Of a stretch of 64,000 nt of DNA, positions 29,540 to 39,624 are shown piece after piece. Source of the DNA: an uncultured virus (IMG/VR IMGVR_UViG_2061766007_000739) (taxonomy: Duplodnaviria; Heunggongvirae; Uroviricota; Caudoviricetes); IMG/VR virus record IMGVR_UViG_2061766007_000739; one strand, given 5' to 3'. The notes beneath the pieces are model-generated. The model worked only from the letters and a program-made list of their open reading frames with translations, did not search any database and was not told the DNA's origin. The first letter of the stretch is position 1. Every line of letters begins with the position of its first letter. Position numbers and translations under genes: made by a program.

Positions 29540-32462
29540 CTAAACGAATGCACGAACCTTCTTGGTTTCGTCGTATTCGAGTTCCTTCGGCCACCCGACA
29601 GCTTCGAAAAGACGGCCAAGTATCTGAGCAACAGAGACATGCCACTGTTCTTCCCAGTCGGCATGGAACAGTTGCAGAAGGCGTTCCGGGCACTTCTCAC
29701 CACTATAACAGATAATCGATACGCCATAGCGCTCATCAGCCTTCTTGATGAACTTCATCTTGTCACCGGCATAGATAGGCTCGTACGGTTCCTGTGCAAG
29801 AACCGGGTCATTTTCAATGAGGTAGTTCCACACGGAAGCGGCCCTACGACGCCAGTCAATATCGGAAATATCGGACTTAGGCATAGTAATCATCTTCAAG
29901 TAAGGAATCGGTTCTTCTTTCATACCCGATGGACATGCTATGTAAGAGTAATTCTTATCCCTTACTGCATCAAAGAATTCTTTTTTCATGATAAGAAGCC
30001 TACGCCGCACTTCATCCCTATCCATAGTCTTCAACATAAGCTTAACCATATCAAGCATACGTTCCCTACTGAACAGTGTGGTTGAACTACGCACGATTTC
30101 AAGACCGGTAATAGCAAAATGTGGTTCAAGTTCGAGTGTACCCGGAGCCCAATTACCATCATCACCCTTATGCCCAAGGTCAAGATAAACGATATCCTCG
30201 TTGGATTCAGCTTCGCAGATGTACTTTTTCTTTGCAGTGACGATTGCCTTATAAATACACTTTTCTCGCTTTAAGAACAGTTCGTTAGTTAGGAAGTTCC
30301 ATTTCTTCGCGTAGGCAAGCATGAACTCGTCAAGCTTCTCTTCGAGCATGGCCGCATCCATAATGCGGCAGAAGTCCGTAAGGCGGAAACGGTTGTAAAT
30401 GACACGGTAGCGCTTTCCCATGACAATACCGTCATGGAACATAATCTGCACCTTTGTCAGCCCGGTCTTCTTGTCAACGGAACGGTTCTCCGGGTCATGC
30501 CACACATCATGCAGGTACTGGTTACACGCCGCATTGAACATCTTCTTGGATTCGAGAATGTGGTCATTGTCGAAGCCCTGCCGGAAGATTTCCTTATGTT
30601 CATCGAACACGATGACTTCCACGCCGGTACCGGCCTTGACACCGAATTCCTTGAAGATATCACCAATCTTGCAGTAGAAGGAGTCAGTATCACCATGGGA
30701 CATGCGACGATAGAGCACCTGTCCATCCTCCTTGTCCTTGATAGTACCGAGGAACGACGGGTCAATCGTCGGTTTGTATCCGAATGCATCATAGAAGCGC
30801 TTATCATTAACCAGTTCCTCATTGAGGTACTTGGCAAGTTCGGCAATAGTAAACTTAATGAGCCTCTGGCCGTAACCGGTAATGGAGGCAGCATTATCGA
30901 CATCATAGAACGGGAAGAAATTAGAACCGAGAAGACCATACAGAGAGTTACCGAGGACCTTATAGACCTTCTGCATCATGTCGTATATGTCCTTCATTTC
31001 CATATCGCCAGCCTTTTCGGCGGCCTTCTTCTTGTTCTTCAACTTGGCACGACCATCAAACAGCTTCCTGGTCACCTGCGGGACGATGCCTTCCTTGTCA
31101 CGACGGAAATACACCTTGTATTGGCCGTTGTGGGTCCACGGGCTCTCGATGAGAAGATCCTTCTCTTCCGGGGTAAGAACGTAGTCAATGGGCTTGATGA
31201 CCTTCGTCTCCGGAGAGGTATTGAAAGTCATCATGATAGACGGGTATAGTGAACGGTAGTCATAGGAAACCAAGAACTCATAGTAGCCGGGGATCGAGTA
31301 CACGAATGCACCCGGATATTCTTCCTTGTTCTTGGCCTGCATCGGGGGGAACACGAGATGCTGTTCGTGAAGCATGTTCATCACAAACCCGACCAGCATC
31401 TTCTTGGATTCAAACACGGAAGAGAACGGAACGCGGGCTTCCGAAGCAGCCATGACGGCAAGCTGGAACATGCGTACCTTCAATTCAATCTTTTTCAGCA
31501 GCCTAACGTCCTGGAAGTTATACAGGATGAACTCATCCCAGTAGTTCTTCCATGACTTGTAGCCATCAGGCAGCGGTGCCTTGTGTTCACCGACAACAAG
31601 TCCGCCAATGTAGTCGAGTTTGTAGGACGGCTCTTCCGAGAATGTGTACTTGCGGTAGAGTGCAAGGAAGTCGATAACTTCCGTACCGGCAATCTGCAGG
31701 TTGCCCTCGCGGTCAAAGTAGGCNNNNNNNNNNGGGAAGCCTGGACATGAGCTTCAAGTCCACCTTCAACTTGGCGGCACGGTTGACCATGTAGGTGGTA
31801 TCGTACGAGAAGTTCCACCCCGACAGGATATCAACCTGGTTTCGTCCAATCTCGGAGAACAGTTTTTCGAGGAGTTCCTTCTCGGTGTAGCAGAGAACGT
31901 ATCTCCCGTTCTCTTTCGCCATCTCTTCCTTGACATAATCGGAAACGTCGCGACCGAGCCCATAAGTCACATAATTGTCGGTCTTCGAGAAGTAAACGGT
32001 AACACAGTTAATCGGGTACTCAGCACGGTGGGCCGCGGGGAAGCGACCCACCGTCTCCACTTCAATATCGAGGAAGCACAGGTTGATCTTCTTCATATCC
32101 GGCTTCAGCATGCCGGATTTAGAATAATGCTTCGCTAAAAATCTAGCCCTGGGGTCAATATCGATTTCACATAGCTGGTTGTTTGGGCCGCGCCGGTTAT
32201 TGTATATTTCCCTTTCCAGCTTAGACTTACATGTAACCGAGTACATCTCCCTGCCAAAGATGTCCTTCATCCCACAAGGTATCGAGTTAAACTCTCCCCG
32301 ATTAGGCGTATAGAATGTATTGGTAATGACCTTGGTTTCCAGTTTCCCGGTGTCGTACCATAGGAACAACTGGTCGGTATCCACATCATGGTATATCGCG
32401 GTCCACATCGGGTGGACATCTTGTGAGTCTACTACCTTGTTATCTTCTAACGCTAAAGCCAT
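29540..32462 (-). CDS. gp43: Family B DNA polymerase (T4 gp43-like), split only by the 10-N gap at 31724-31733
   Basis: Exo I LDIEVE, Exo II SGWNFSYD, motif A DYRSLYPSIM, motif B KVLGNSLYG, motif C HGDTDS, KKKY and GLEIVRSST. Confidence 0.95.
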
Positions 32463-32480
32463 TTCGTTTGGAAATATAGC

Positions 32481-32508
32481 AAAAAATCCACCCGGCGGGT
32501 GGATTTTT
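32481..32508 (-). terminator. Intrinsic terminator abutting the polymerase promoter
   Basis: AAAAATCCACCCG-G-CGGGTGGATTTTT inverted repeat. Confidence 0.75.
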
Positions 32509-32533
32509 ACGAAAATATTACCGGATAAAATGC

Positions 32534-33145
32534 TTATTCGGCTTTCTGTTCATCGGCGATATTTTCGACAGACTCGAACTGGGCCTTAAAGACCTTTTCG
32601 GCTTCGGCGAGGACGGTATCAGCAGCCTTGCGAGAAGCTTCGTCAACTACGAGGCTTTCGATGAAAGCCTTGAACTTCTTCTGCTTCTTGGCCACTTCGG
32701 CGAAGTGCTTTTCCTTCTCGGCACCGGAACGGTTGGATTCTGCGGCGGACTTAGCCTTGCTGTCAAAGTTCTTGACCTCAGGTGCCGGTTTGGCCTTGTC
32801 GCCATCAGATTCCTGCTTGGCTTCAACCACCTGGTCCTTCTTCTTGGTCATTTCGACATTCTTGACTTCTGTCACCTTGCCATCTTCCTTCTTTTCCTCG
32901 ACAGTGTCGTTCTTGGTGATGGGCTTGGCGGAACCGGTGTTGACGGTCTTGGCCTTGTTCACCTTCTTGTTGTCGCTGGTCCACTTGTTAAAGTCAACCT
33001 TCACGTCATCAAAGACAGCCATCGATTCAACAATGGGCTTACCCCCATGACGAACCGCTGTGTACTGACTTTCATTGACGGGTTCCTGGGAAATTCGTTC
33101 AATTTCCTTCATGATTTCCAAATCTTGGTCAATAGAGTATCCCAT
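32534..33145 (-). CDS. Hypothetical Lys/Glu-rich protein, probable head protein
   Basis: TATAAACT promoter; multiple xES motifs (VNES, IVES, FIES, QFES). Confidence 0.65.
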   Translation of the reverse strand: MGYSIDQDLEIMKEIERISQEPVNESQYTAVRHGGKPIVESMAVFDDVKVDFNKWTSDNKKVNKAKTVNTGSAKPITKNDTVEEKKEDGKVTEVKNVEMTKKKDQVVEAKQESDGDKAKPAPEVKNFDSKAKSAAESNRSGAEKEKHFAEVAKKQKKFKAFIESLVVDEASRKAADTVLAEAEKVFKAQFESVENIADEQKAE

Positions 33146-33257
33146 TTTAAATCCTCTGGAGATTTTTTCTTATGCTGTAAGTTTATAGTGTGTATCAAAA
33201 TAAAATTCCCATTTGCTATGATAAATCTATAACTAGCATCAAAAAGGCATTAAAATT

Positions 33258-33878
33258 ATGGAACTCAATGTACCCACATCAGGCACAGCAAGTCACGAAT
33301 CCCCCGCAGTAGTCCAACTTCATGAAGACACCAAGGTGCCGGTGAGTGAAATCAAGGCCAAATTACATGATAAAATTATGGAACTTAACAAAGAACGCCT
33401 CTCAAAACCATCTGATTTGCCGTTCAACAACACGACCGAAGATATGAAGGAACAAGGATACAAGGAAGTCGAAAACGAACTGTTGCATCCAGAAGAAACC
33501 CAAAGCAGTCAGGATGAAGAGTTTAAGAATTTCTTCGGTGACTCATATCCAGGCTCGGAAGCATTCGATGCTCCCGTAGATGATAACGAAATGCTCGGTG
33601 GAATGGGTGATGCAGGAGGCTTCGGGGGTGGCGACTTCGGTGGTGGAATCGACAACAATGCAATGGGCTTTAGTGACGAAGACATGGGTACGCTTAACGA
33701 CACTGCCGATAATGCATTTGATGACTTCACTTCTGAGGATGGTGCGGAAAGTGCATCCGATGTCAATAATATTTCATCGGAAGAACCCGGTGCCGATGAA
33801 AATGCAACTGTCACTGCAACTGATGCCGTATCCGACGGCACGGAAGAACTCGCTACGGAAGAACCTACCGAACCATAA
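33258..33878 (+). CDS. Hypothetical acidic low-complexity protein
   Basis: 206 aa ORF, Asp/Glu/Gly-rich, ending at twin hairpins. Confidence 0.65.
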   Translation: MELNVPTSGTASHESPAVVQLHEDTKVPVSEIKAKLHDKIMELNKERLSKPSDLPFNNTTEDMKEQGYKEVENELLHPEETQSSQDEEFKNFFGDSYPGSEAFDAPVDDNEMLGGMGDAGGFGGGDFGGGIDNNAMGFSDEDMGTLNDTADNAFDDFTSEDGAESASDVNNISSEEPGADENATVTATDAVSDGTEELATEEPTEP

Positions 33879-33880
33879 AA

Positions 33881-33947
33881 ATAACCGGTGCATTTGCACC
33901 GGTTATCGAGAAAATATGTACATAGCCGTTGCATTTGCAACGGTTAT
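33881..33947. terminator. Twin homologous hairpins between convergent genes
   Basis: ATAACCGGTGCA-TT-TGCACCGGTTAT and ATAGCCGTTGCA-TT-TGCAACGGTTAT. Confidence 0.7.
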
Positions 33948-33949
33948 TT

Positions 33950-35092
33950 TTAGTTGCCGAGGTAATAGACCTTCCTGGCAAATAGCTTGTTGCTGAAACA
34001 AAGCATTAATTTGCCATCAGGCGCCATCTTCAACAGAAGAACCTTGCAGTTGGCATTGCGGATCATCATTGTGATAATATCCATCGATAGTTCAATCGGC
34101 TTTGTCAAATCGAACATATGTACCTCAGCCATAGTGACAGTGGCACCATAACGCCCATCAACATTGAATTCAATGGATGCATGTCCTTCATCCAACGGCG
34201 TAATTTTCACCTTTGCACTTGGGTCTTTGTAATTCACCCGGTAAATCGTGTCAATTGTTGCAATCATCGCCGCAGTATCAAACTTCATGTAATCAACGAA
34301 CCCTTCTGATGACATCGACGGAAATTCAGCATCCTTATATGAATAATCAATGCGCATGTTTTCACCGGCGATTCTAATGCGCTTGTTTGTATAATCAAAA
34401 TTGAGGGTACATTCCTGGGAAATTTCGAGCATAGGTATGATACGGAAAATGTCGCACGGAATCCTAATAGCAAAATCCGGCAATTCCTTGTTCACGGCGA
34501 GCGCATTGGCTGTATCAAGCGACGACACAACAGTTGCGAGCACGATACGCTCATTCCCTGACCGATAGGATACCAATCCCTCATGACGGTGTATTTCCAT
34601 CCATTCGAAATCAAATGAACTATCCGTTACAATCGAGAAAGAGCCTTGATCTACCTTGATGGTTTCATCAATATTGTCACCCATGCCAAGATATTCAAAT
34701 GGTTTAACTGCTTCACAGTAACATTCCAGTTCAAACCCCTCAATATCGTCGTTGAACGACGATGCTACATAGAGCCGTCCATCATCCACCCACAAGGTCA
34801 CATTATTTTCCTGTGAAACTTCTCGGCACAGTACACAAAAATCATGTAAATTGACCCACGCATCACCATCGAGAAGCTCGGACTTCAAGGTAGAGTCCGA
34901 GTTTACATACACACCATGTTCGGTCTGGACATGGAGGATTACAATGCCGTCGTCATCCTTGTCAGTCCATACATGTGCACGCATGTTATCATCCCTTGAT
35001 GATGAATAGAGGAATGAAATTGCTGATCGGAAACGAGTTGCTGTATTAAACATTACGAGAGATGGAGTTTTTTCTGACATATCTAACCTCAT
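33950..35092 (-). CDS. Hypothetical protein, possibly a DnaN (beta-clamp)-like processivity factor
   Basis: 380 aa acidic protein with three apparent repeats of a strand-helix-strands-helix pattern; linker EFP. Confidence 0.45.
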   Translation of the reverse strand: MRLDMSEKTPSLVMFNTATRFRSAISFLYSSSRDDNMRAHVWTDKDDDGIVILHVQTEHGVYVNSDSTLKSELLDGDAWVNLHDFCVLCREVSQENNVTLWVDDGRLYVASSFNDDIEGFELECYCEAVKPFEYLGMGDNIDETIKVDQGSFSIVTDSSFDFEWMEIHRHEGLVSYRSGNERIVLATVVSSLDTANALAVNKELPDFAIRIPCDIFRIIPMLEISQECTLNFDYTNKRIRIAGENMRIDYSYKDAEFPSMSSEGFVDYMKFDTAAMIATIDTIYRVNYKDPSAKVKITPLDEGHASIEFNVDGRYGATVTMAEVHMFDLTKPIELSMDIITMMIRNANCKVLLLKMAPDGKLMLCFSNKLFARKVYYLGN

Positions 35093-35151
35093 CCGAAAAC
35101 TATAACAAAAAGGCGCCCAATGGACGCCTTGTATAATTATTCATATCCAAG

Positions 35152-36678
35152 TTAATAGATATTATCAAGTGATGCGATGTCAAAGTCCACATTATCGTAG
35201 CCTTCATCCGCAGCACCTTCCTTCATTTCGGTACCGGGTTCCCCAAACATTTCATCCGCACGCGCCATCATGTCAGCAGTGCCGCCACTACCACCGTTTG
35301 GTTCACCAATCGGCGCATTTGGCGAAAATCCTACGCCGGTGCCTGTCGTGTCTTCGCCAGGCAACGTCATCGCAGCCGTTTGTGCATCAACGTCATTGAT
35401 ACTGGTACCATCTTCATTGTATACCGTTGGGAACCACATTCCAAGCCGCTGGTCAAATGTCTTAGGGTCGATGCCATCGTCAAGTGCCTGGGCCATTTTG
35501 TCAAGGCCATCCTTGGGCAACGGTTGCATTCCGAGCGCGGCATATTTCCTAAATTTCAAGAATGTAGAAACGGCGATGTCACGCGGTTGTGCTAACGTGC
35601 CAGCCCAGCCATTTGCAATTTCGTCCGCACCCGGGCGAACACCTGAACTGTCATTTTGCAAATCTTTAGTATAGGCATCCGCAATAATCTTGTTAAGCGT
35701 GTCAACAGCCTTCTGGGAGAGTCCGTTGGTTTTTGGGTCATTTGGACCAGGATCGCAGTACGCTGTGAATTCAAATGTATTTGGGGCACCATCCGCAGTA
35801 CCACCCGCATTTGCATTCACATCGCCGGCGTTTTGCATCCCTCCATTCATGTCCGGCTCAGGGTTACCACCTGCATCATTACCACCAGCGGCATTTTCCG
35901 GGGCAGCAGCAAAATCGTCCGCAGTAAAATCACCTTCGGCTTCGAGTGCGGCCTTATTGCACATCCCAAGAAGTGCATTAAGCTGCCAGTCAACCGATTC
36001 CTGGCGAACCAAGGCACTCGGGCCCATTTCGGCAGTGTTCAGGTTATCAAAATTCACGTCACCAAAATTGTCATTCCCTGCAAATCCGGAAACCGCACCG
36101 ACACCACTGGTCATCTGGTCAAGGTTCGAAGCGGAATCGCCATTTTTCACAAGGTCTATCGCCATCCTCTTGATAACCAAATCCAGTCGCCCCTTCAATT
36201 CGTCGGAATCCGGAGACAGGTTGCGCTGTGTGCTGTTGCCAGTGTTGGTATCATCAAGAATAATTGTAACTTCGCCTTCATCGTTTGGTGCCATCATCTG
36301 AATCCTGATATCATGACCAAGACACCGCATCTTTCCGGATGTCACCTGCTGATTCATGACCGGCATATCAAGCTTGAAAGTCATGTTGCTAGCTTCATTC
36401 AAAGCATGCAGTCTGGACTCGGTCATGACCTTGATGCCGATATCCTTCAAGTTCAGATAATTCTTATTCAGTGTAAGTGGATTGTTGTCATACTTGCGGT
36501 GATCCCACTTTTCCTTGGTTTGGTCACCCACGGGTTTGGGGACATTTTTCGTAATTGTGTCAATAAGTTCTTTCTTAGCCGGAACGACCGGGCCACTCTG
36601 GGTCTTGACATAGCCCATTTTACCCAATTTTTCCAGGAGTTCCTTACGAGATATGATAGTCGCCACGGTTAACCTCAA
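35152..36678 (-). CDS. Hypothetical protein, probable head or internal protein
   Basis: TATAAACT upstream; MTES, LNEA, RQES and LEAE motifs; acidic Gly-rich linkers. Confidence 0.65.
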   Translation of the reverse strand: MRLTVATIISRKELLEKLGKMGYVKTQSGPVVPAKKELIDTITKNVPKPVGDQTKEKWDHRKYDNNPLTLNKNYLNLKDIGIKVMTESRLHALNEASNMTFKLDMPVMNQQVTSGKMRCLGHDIRIQMMAPNDEGEVTIILDDTNTGNSTQRNLSPDSDELKGRLDLVIKRMAIDLVKNGDSASNLDQMTSGVGAVSGFAGNDNFGDVNFDNLNTAEMGPSALVRQESVDWQLNALLGMCNKAALEAEGDFTADDFAAAPENAAGGNDAGGNPEPDMNGGMQNAGDVNANAGGTADGAPNTFEFTAYCDPGPNDPKTNGLSQKAVDTLNKIIADAYTKDLQNDSSGVRPGADEIANGWAGTLAQPRDIAVSTFLKFRKYAALGMQPLPKDGLDKMAQALDDGIDPKTFDQRLGMWFPTVYNEDGTSINDVDAQTAAMTLPGEDTTGTGVGFSPNAPIGEPNGGSGGTADMMARADEMFGEPGTEMKEGAADEGYDNVDFDIASLDNIY

Positions 36679-36736
36679 AATTCTTCTTTTGGAGAAGTTT
36701 ATATGGGCGGCCGCGGCGACTACTAGTTAACAATAA

Positions 36737-37600
36737 CTATTCAACAAGTTCTTCCACATTTTCTTCTGCACCAGAGCATTCTACCATCATGGCATATATA
36801 GCAATGGGGTAACGCTGATCCATACCCTGCAAGTTAGCAAAGGCCTTCAATGCGATAGAGTCGTATTCAGATGCAACATAGCGTATCTCCATGTCGTATT
36901 CTTCGCAACCCAATCCCTTCAAAATAGTGAATAGACTGGTCGGAATCTTTCGATATCGTTGTTTGGAATTTTTTCCATAAGCAACTTCAATCGCTTGGGC
37001 GTCGCCCGGGAGTGTCATAGTATAGTCTATCTTGCTAGTAATCTGCTGACCGACTCGCCCCTTGAAATAGAACTTGACTTCGCCCTTCTCGTTGACATTC
37101 ACACTAAAGAACTGACATCCAGGAACAAGTTTCAACTTCTGGACATACTTTTCCAAGTCCTTCTTATTCAGCTTGATGGTGCCCAACAGGCTCATCGGGT
37201 CGGTTTCACGGGAACTTGGCACCTTGGTGTCATCCTCGTTAAAGAAGGAAGGTTCGGCAGTGAGACTACGGGCAGTTTCTGTACCATTGGTAAACCTAAT
37301 GAATTCGTACACATGGCCAGCAAGGGTTTCTTCGTTATCAACAACAATGTTTCCAGTTTCAGGAAATCCAATAAGTTCGGAAAATTGAATGAATTCACGA
37401 AACGATGATGAATTCACATCCAGACCATCGAACGAAAAATCGGCAGGTCCGGCACTTACATGAATGAAACTCTTTTCATCATGGATATTCAGACATGATT
37501 TTTCACCATCATGGAAGAACTTGACAGTCTTTGCCTTAGTCACCATGCAAATCTGCTTGATGACATTGAAGAACGGCCTACTGAACCTTATTTCTTGCAT
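36737..37600 (-). CDS. gp45: Probable sliding clamp (T4 gp45-like)
   Basis: IRFSRPFFNVIKQI start resembles gp45 MKLSKDT..LLKNF; two-domain size; replication cluster context. Confidence 0.55.
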   Translation of the reverse strand: MQEIRFSRPFFNVIKQICMVTKAKTVKFFHDGEKSCLNIHDEKSFIHVSAGPADFSFDGLDVNSSSFREFIQFSELIGFPETGNIVVDNEETLAGHVYEFIRFTNGTETARSLTAEPSFFNEDDTKVPSSRETDPMSLLGTIKLNKKDLEKYVQKLKLVPGCQFFSVNVNEKGEVKFYFKGRVGQQITSKIDYTMTLPGDAQAIEVAYGKNSKQRYRKIPTSLFTILKGLGCEEYDMEIRYVASEYDSIALKAFANLQGMDQRYPIAIYAMMVECSGAEENVEELVE

Positions 37601-39624
37601 ATCTCTTTCCTGCGGTTAAATGCTATGGCCTGCTCAGTGGCCGACACATAGTTGATTATCCTGTCCTCGATTTCGTGCCATTTCGGGCTATTGAACGGAA
37701 TGACGTATCCAGCAGCACACGAGGAGCTGACCGGTACCTGCATCATTCCGAGCCGATATCTCCGGCAAATTGCGGAAACAATCGGACCCATAGCGCCTCG
37801 GCATTCACCCAAGACATTAAAATAGTGAATTTCTTTGAGTTTGTCAAGCATTTCGCCGCGAACTGCGACAAATGGACCATCAAGGACCTCGACCCGATGG
37901 TACCCGTTCACCTCGGCAGTCCCCAGTATCATCTGGTTGGATGCCGGCGACAGGTTGTATGCCTGATAATATCCGTATGTTCGGGTGCACCTTGACCAGG
38001 TGCCATCGAACTGGGTATATTCGTATCCGAACGGGGCGACAGCCATGATTTCCTTCGGAACATTGTGTAAGGTTTCATACAAGTTGATATCGTTGATTAT
38101 CGACGTACCCGGCACGATGATAATCCATTCAGGTAGCATTTTGACTTTTGACACGATAGAATGCTCGATACCGCGCATTACTAGACGAGTCGATGAATTT
38201 GGTGTCACGCGCCGTCTCAAGCGAAAATCCTGGTCGCGCACGAATACAGCCAGGTCATACTTTGTCAATGACCTATCCTTGTATATGTTGCACCCGGAAT
38301 GGGTATAAACCAGCGAAATAATCTCACGGTTCTCCGAATACTTCAATACATTATCGCGGCGAAGAAGCAATTCCCTCGTCGGTTCAAACCCAAGCTCAAT
38401 GCGCATAGCCTCGCGCTCACGCTTCTTGTCATTTTTCGACTTGATGATGTCGCGGGCATGTTGTTCCTTTGCAAATTCACGCTCGGAATACGCATTATCA
38501 AATGCACTCTCGATGATGTCAACAACGTTGTGAGTAATGACGGTCTTCGGCTTCGGAGTGGTAAAGCGTTTCGGTTCAGGGTTCTTGATTGTCTTACCCA
38601 TGCGAATGACCGGGCAATACTCTACACCTGAATCGATGATTTCCTCAACCGCCTTCTTCTCCCACCCACATATCTTGTTAAAGGCTTCCTTCTTTTCCAC
38701 GCGGTCGCCATACTTATCCACCAGAGGACACTTACCTCGAATAAAGGTGTCGATCCATGCCTGGGTCTTTCCAAATATGAACTCGATTTGCCTGGCATTG
38801 TAGTAGGGCTGCTTTCCACTACCGTAGCAACGTCCGCGCCAGCACTTACTAATCAGGGAATCCAGTTTTGCCTTGCTTATTCCCCATTTCACCTTCCCTT
38901 CCGGGGTTGTGTACTGTTCGCACTTGACCAGCTTTCCGCGGACGGCATTACGGGCCTCGGGAACTGCAGCACAATAGATTTCGGCTATACTGCGCGGCAT
39001 ATATTCCGGGATTGGGTTACGTCTGAACTTATGCCCATTTGCCACCCTATCCTGCGCGAATTTTAACAGAGTCTCATGACTAACCTTTCGCACCTCGTAC
39101 TTCTTGCGTGGTTCAGTTTCAATCCGTTTGGCTTTGATCATGAACTTCATGTTGCTTAGCTTGAAACCGAACAGGATAGCGGCATCCGTAAATAGCAACG
39201 GGTTGCGCACATATTTCAATAGATATAGACGGTCAAAGGTGCGAAGGAACTCATCAGCATCCTCACGATACACGCGTTTCTTACCGTTGGCATTGAGGTG
39301 AACCTTTATATCCCCCGCTCGCACATGCTTCATGTACTTGGCGGGACTGTGGATATTGAGGTAGACCATGGCCTCCTCCTGGGTCATCTCGAACAATGGA
39401 TGCTCGTTGGAGGGAGGCATCAACCTGTACTTCATGACACGATGCTTGATTACCGAGGTCTTGTAAATCTTGTGTCCCTTCTCATCAAGGCGGAACGGGA
39501 CCATTTCACACAGCTTGATTTTATGGACGTACTCCACGTCCTTCTGGATGTAGTCGGCCACCCACTTCTCGCTCACGAACTCCGGTTCGGGCTCGTTCAT
39601 TTTCTTGATGAGCCTATCCAGCAT
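37588..39624 (-). CDS. Multi-HTH (excisionase/MerR-like) DNA-binding protein fused to a degenerate GT-A-like domain
   Basis: MTQEEAMVYL...VRAGDIK...RVYREDADEF and LLFTDAAILFG...IKAKRI-type repeats; C-terminal VEVLDGPFVAVR...ICRRYR. Confidence 0.5.
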   Translation of the reverse strand: MLDRLIKKMNEPEPEFVSEKWVADYIQKDVEYVHKIKLCEMVPFRLDEKGHKIYKTSVIKHRVMKYRLMPPSNEHPLFEMTQEEAMVYLNIHSPAKYMKHVRAGDIKVHLNANGKKRVYREDADEFLRTFDRLYLLKYVRNPLLFTDAAILFGFKLSNMKFMIKAKRIETEPRKKYEVRKVSHETLLKFAQDRVANGHKFRRNPIPEYMPRSIAEIYCAAVPEARNAVRGKLVKCEQYTTPEGKVKWGISKAKLDSLISKCWRGRCYGSGKQPYYNARQIEFIFGKTQAWIDTFIRGKCPLVDKYGDRVEKKEAFNKICGWEKKAVEEIIDSGVEYCPVIRMGKTIKNPEPKRFTTPKPKTVITHNVVDIIESAFDNAYSEREFAKEQHARDIIKSKNDKKREREAMRIELGFEPTRELLLRRDNVLKYSENREIISLVYTHSGCNIYKDRSLTKYDLAVFVRDQDFRLRRRVTPNSSTRLVMRGIEHSIVSKVKMLPEWIIIVPGTSIINDINLYETLHNVPKEIMAVAPFGYEYTQFDGTWSRCTRTYGYYQAYNLSPASNQMILGTAEVNGYHRVEVLDGPFVAVRGEMLDKLKEIHYFNVLGECRGAMGPIVSAICRRYRLGMMQVPVSSSCAAGYVIPFNSPKWHEIEDRIINYVSATEQAIAFNRRKEICKK

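Noticed and set aside
31495..31733. Split DNA polymerase or programmed frameshift
   Set aside because: The frame change coincides with an arbitrary-length N gap, and both sides read as continuous gp43.
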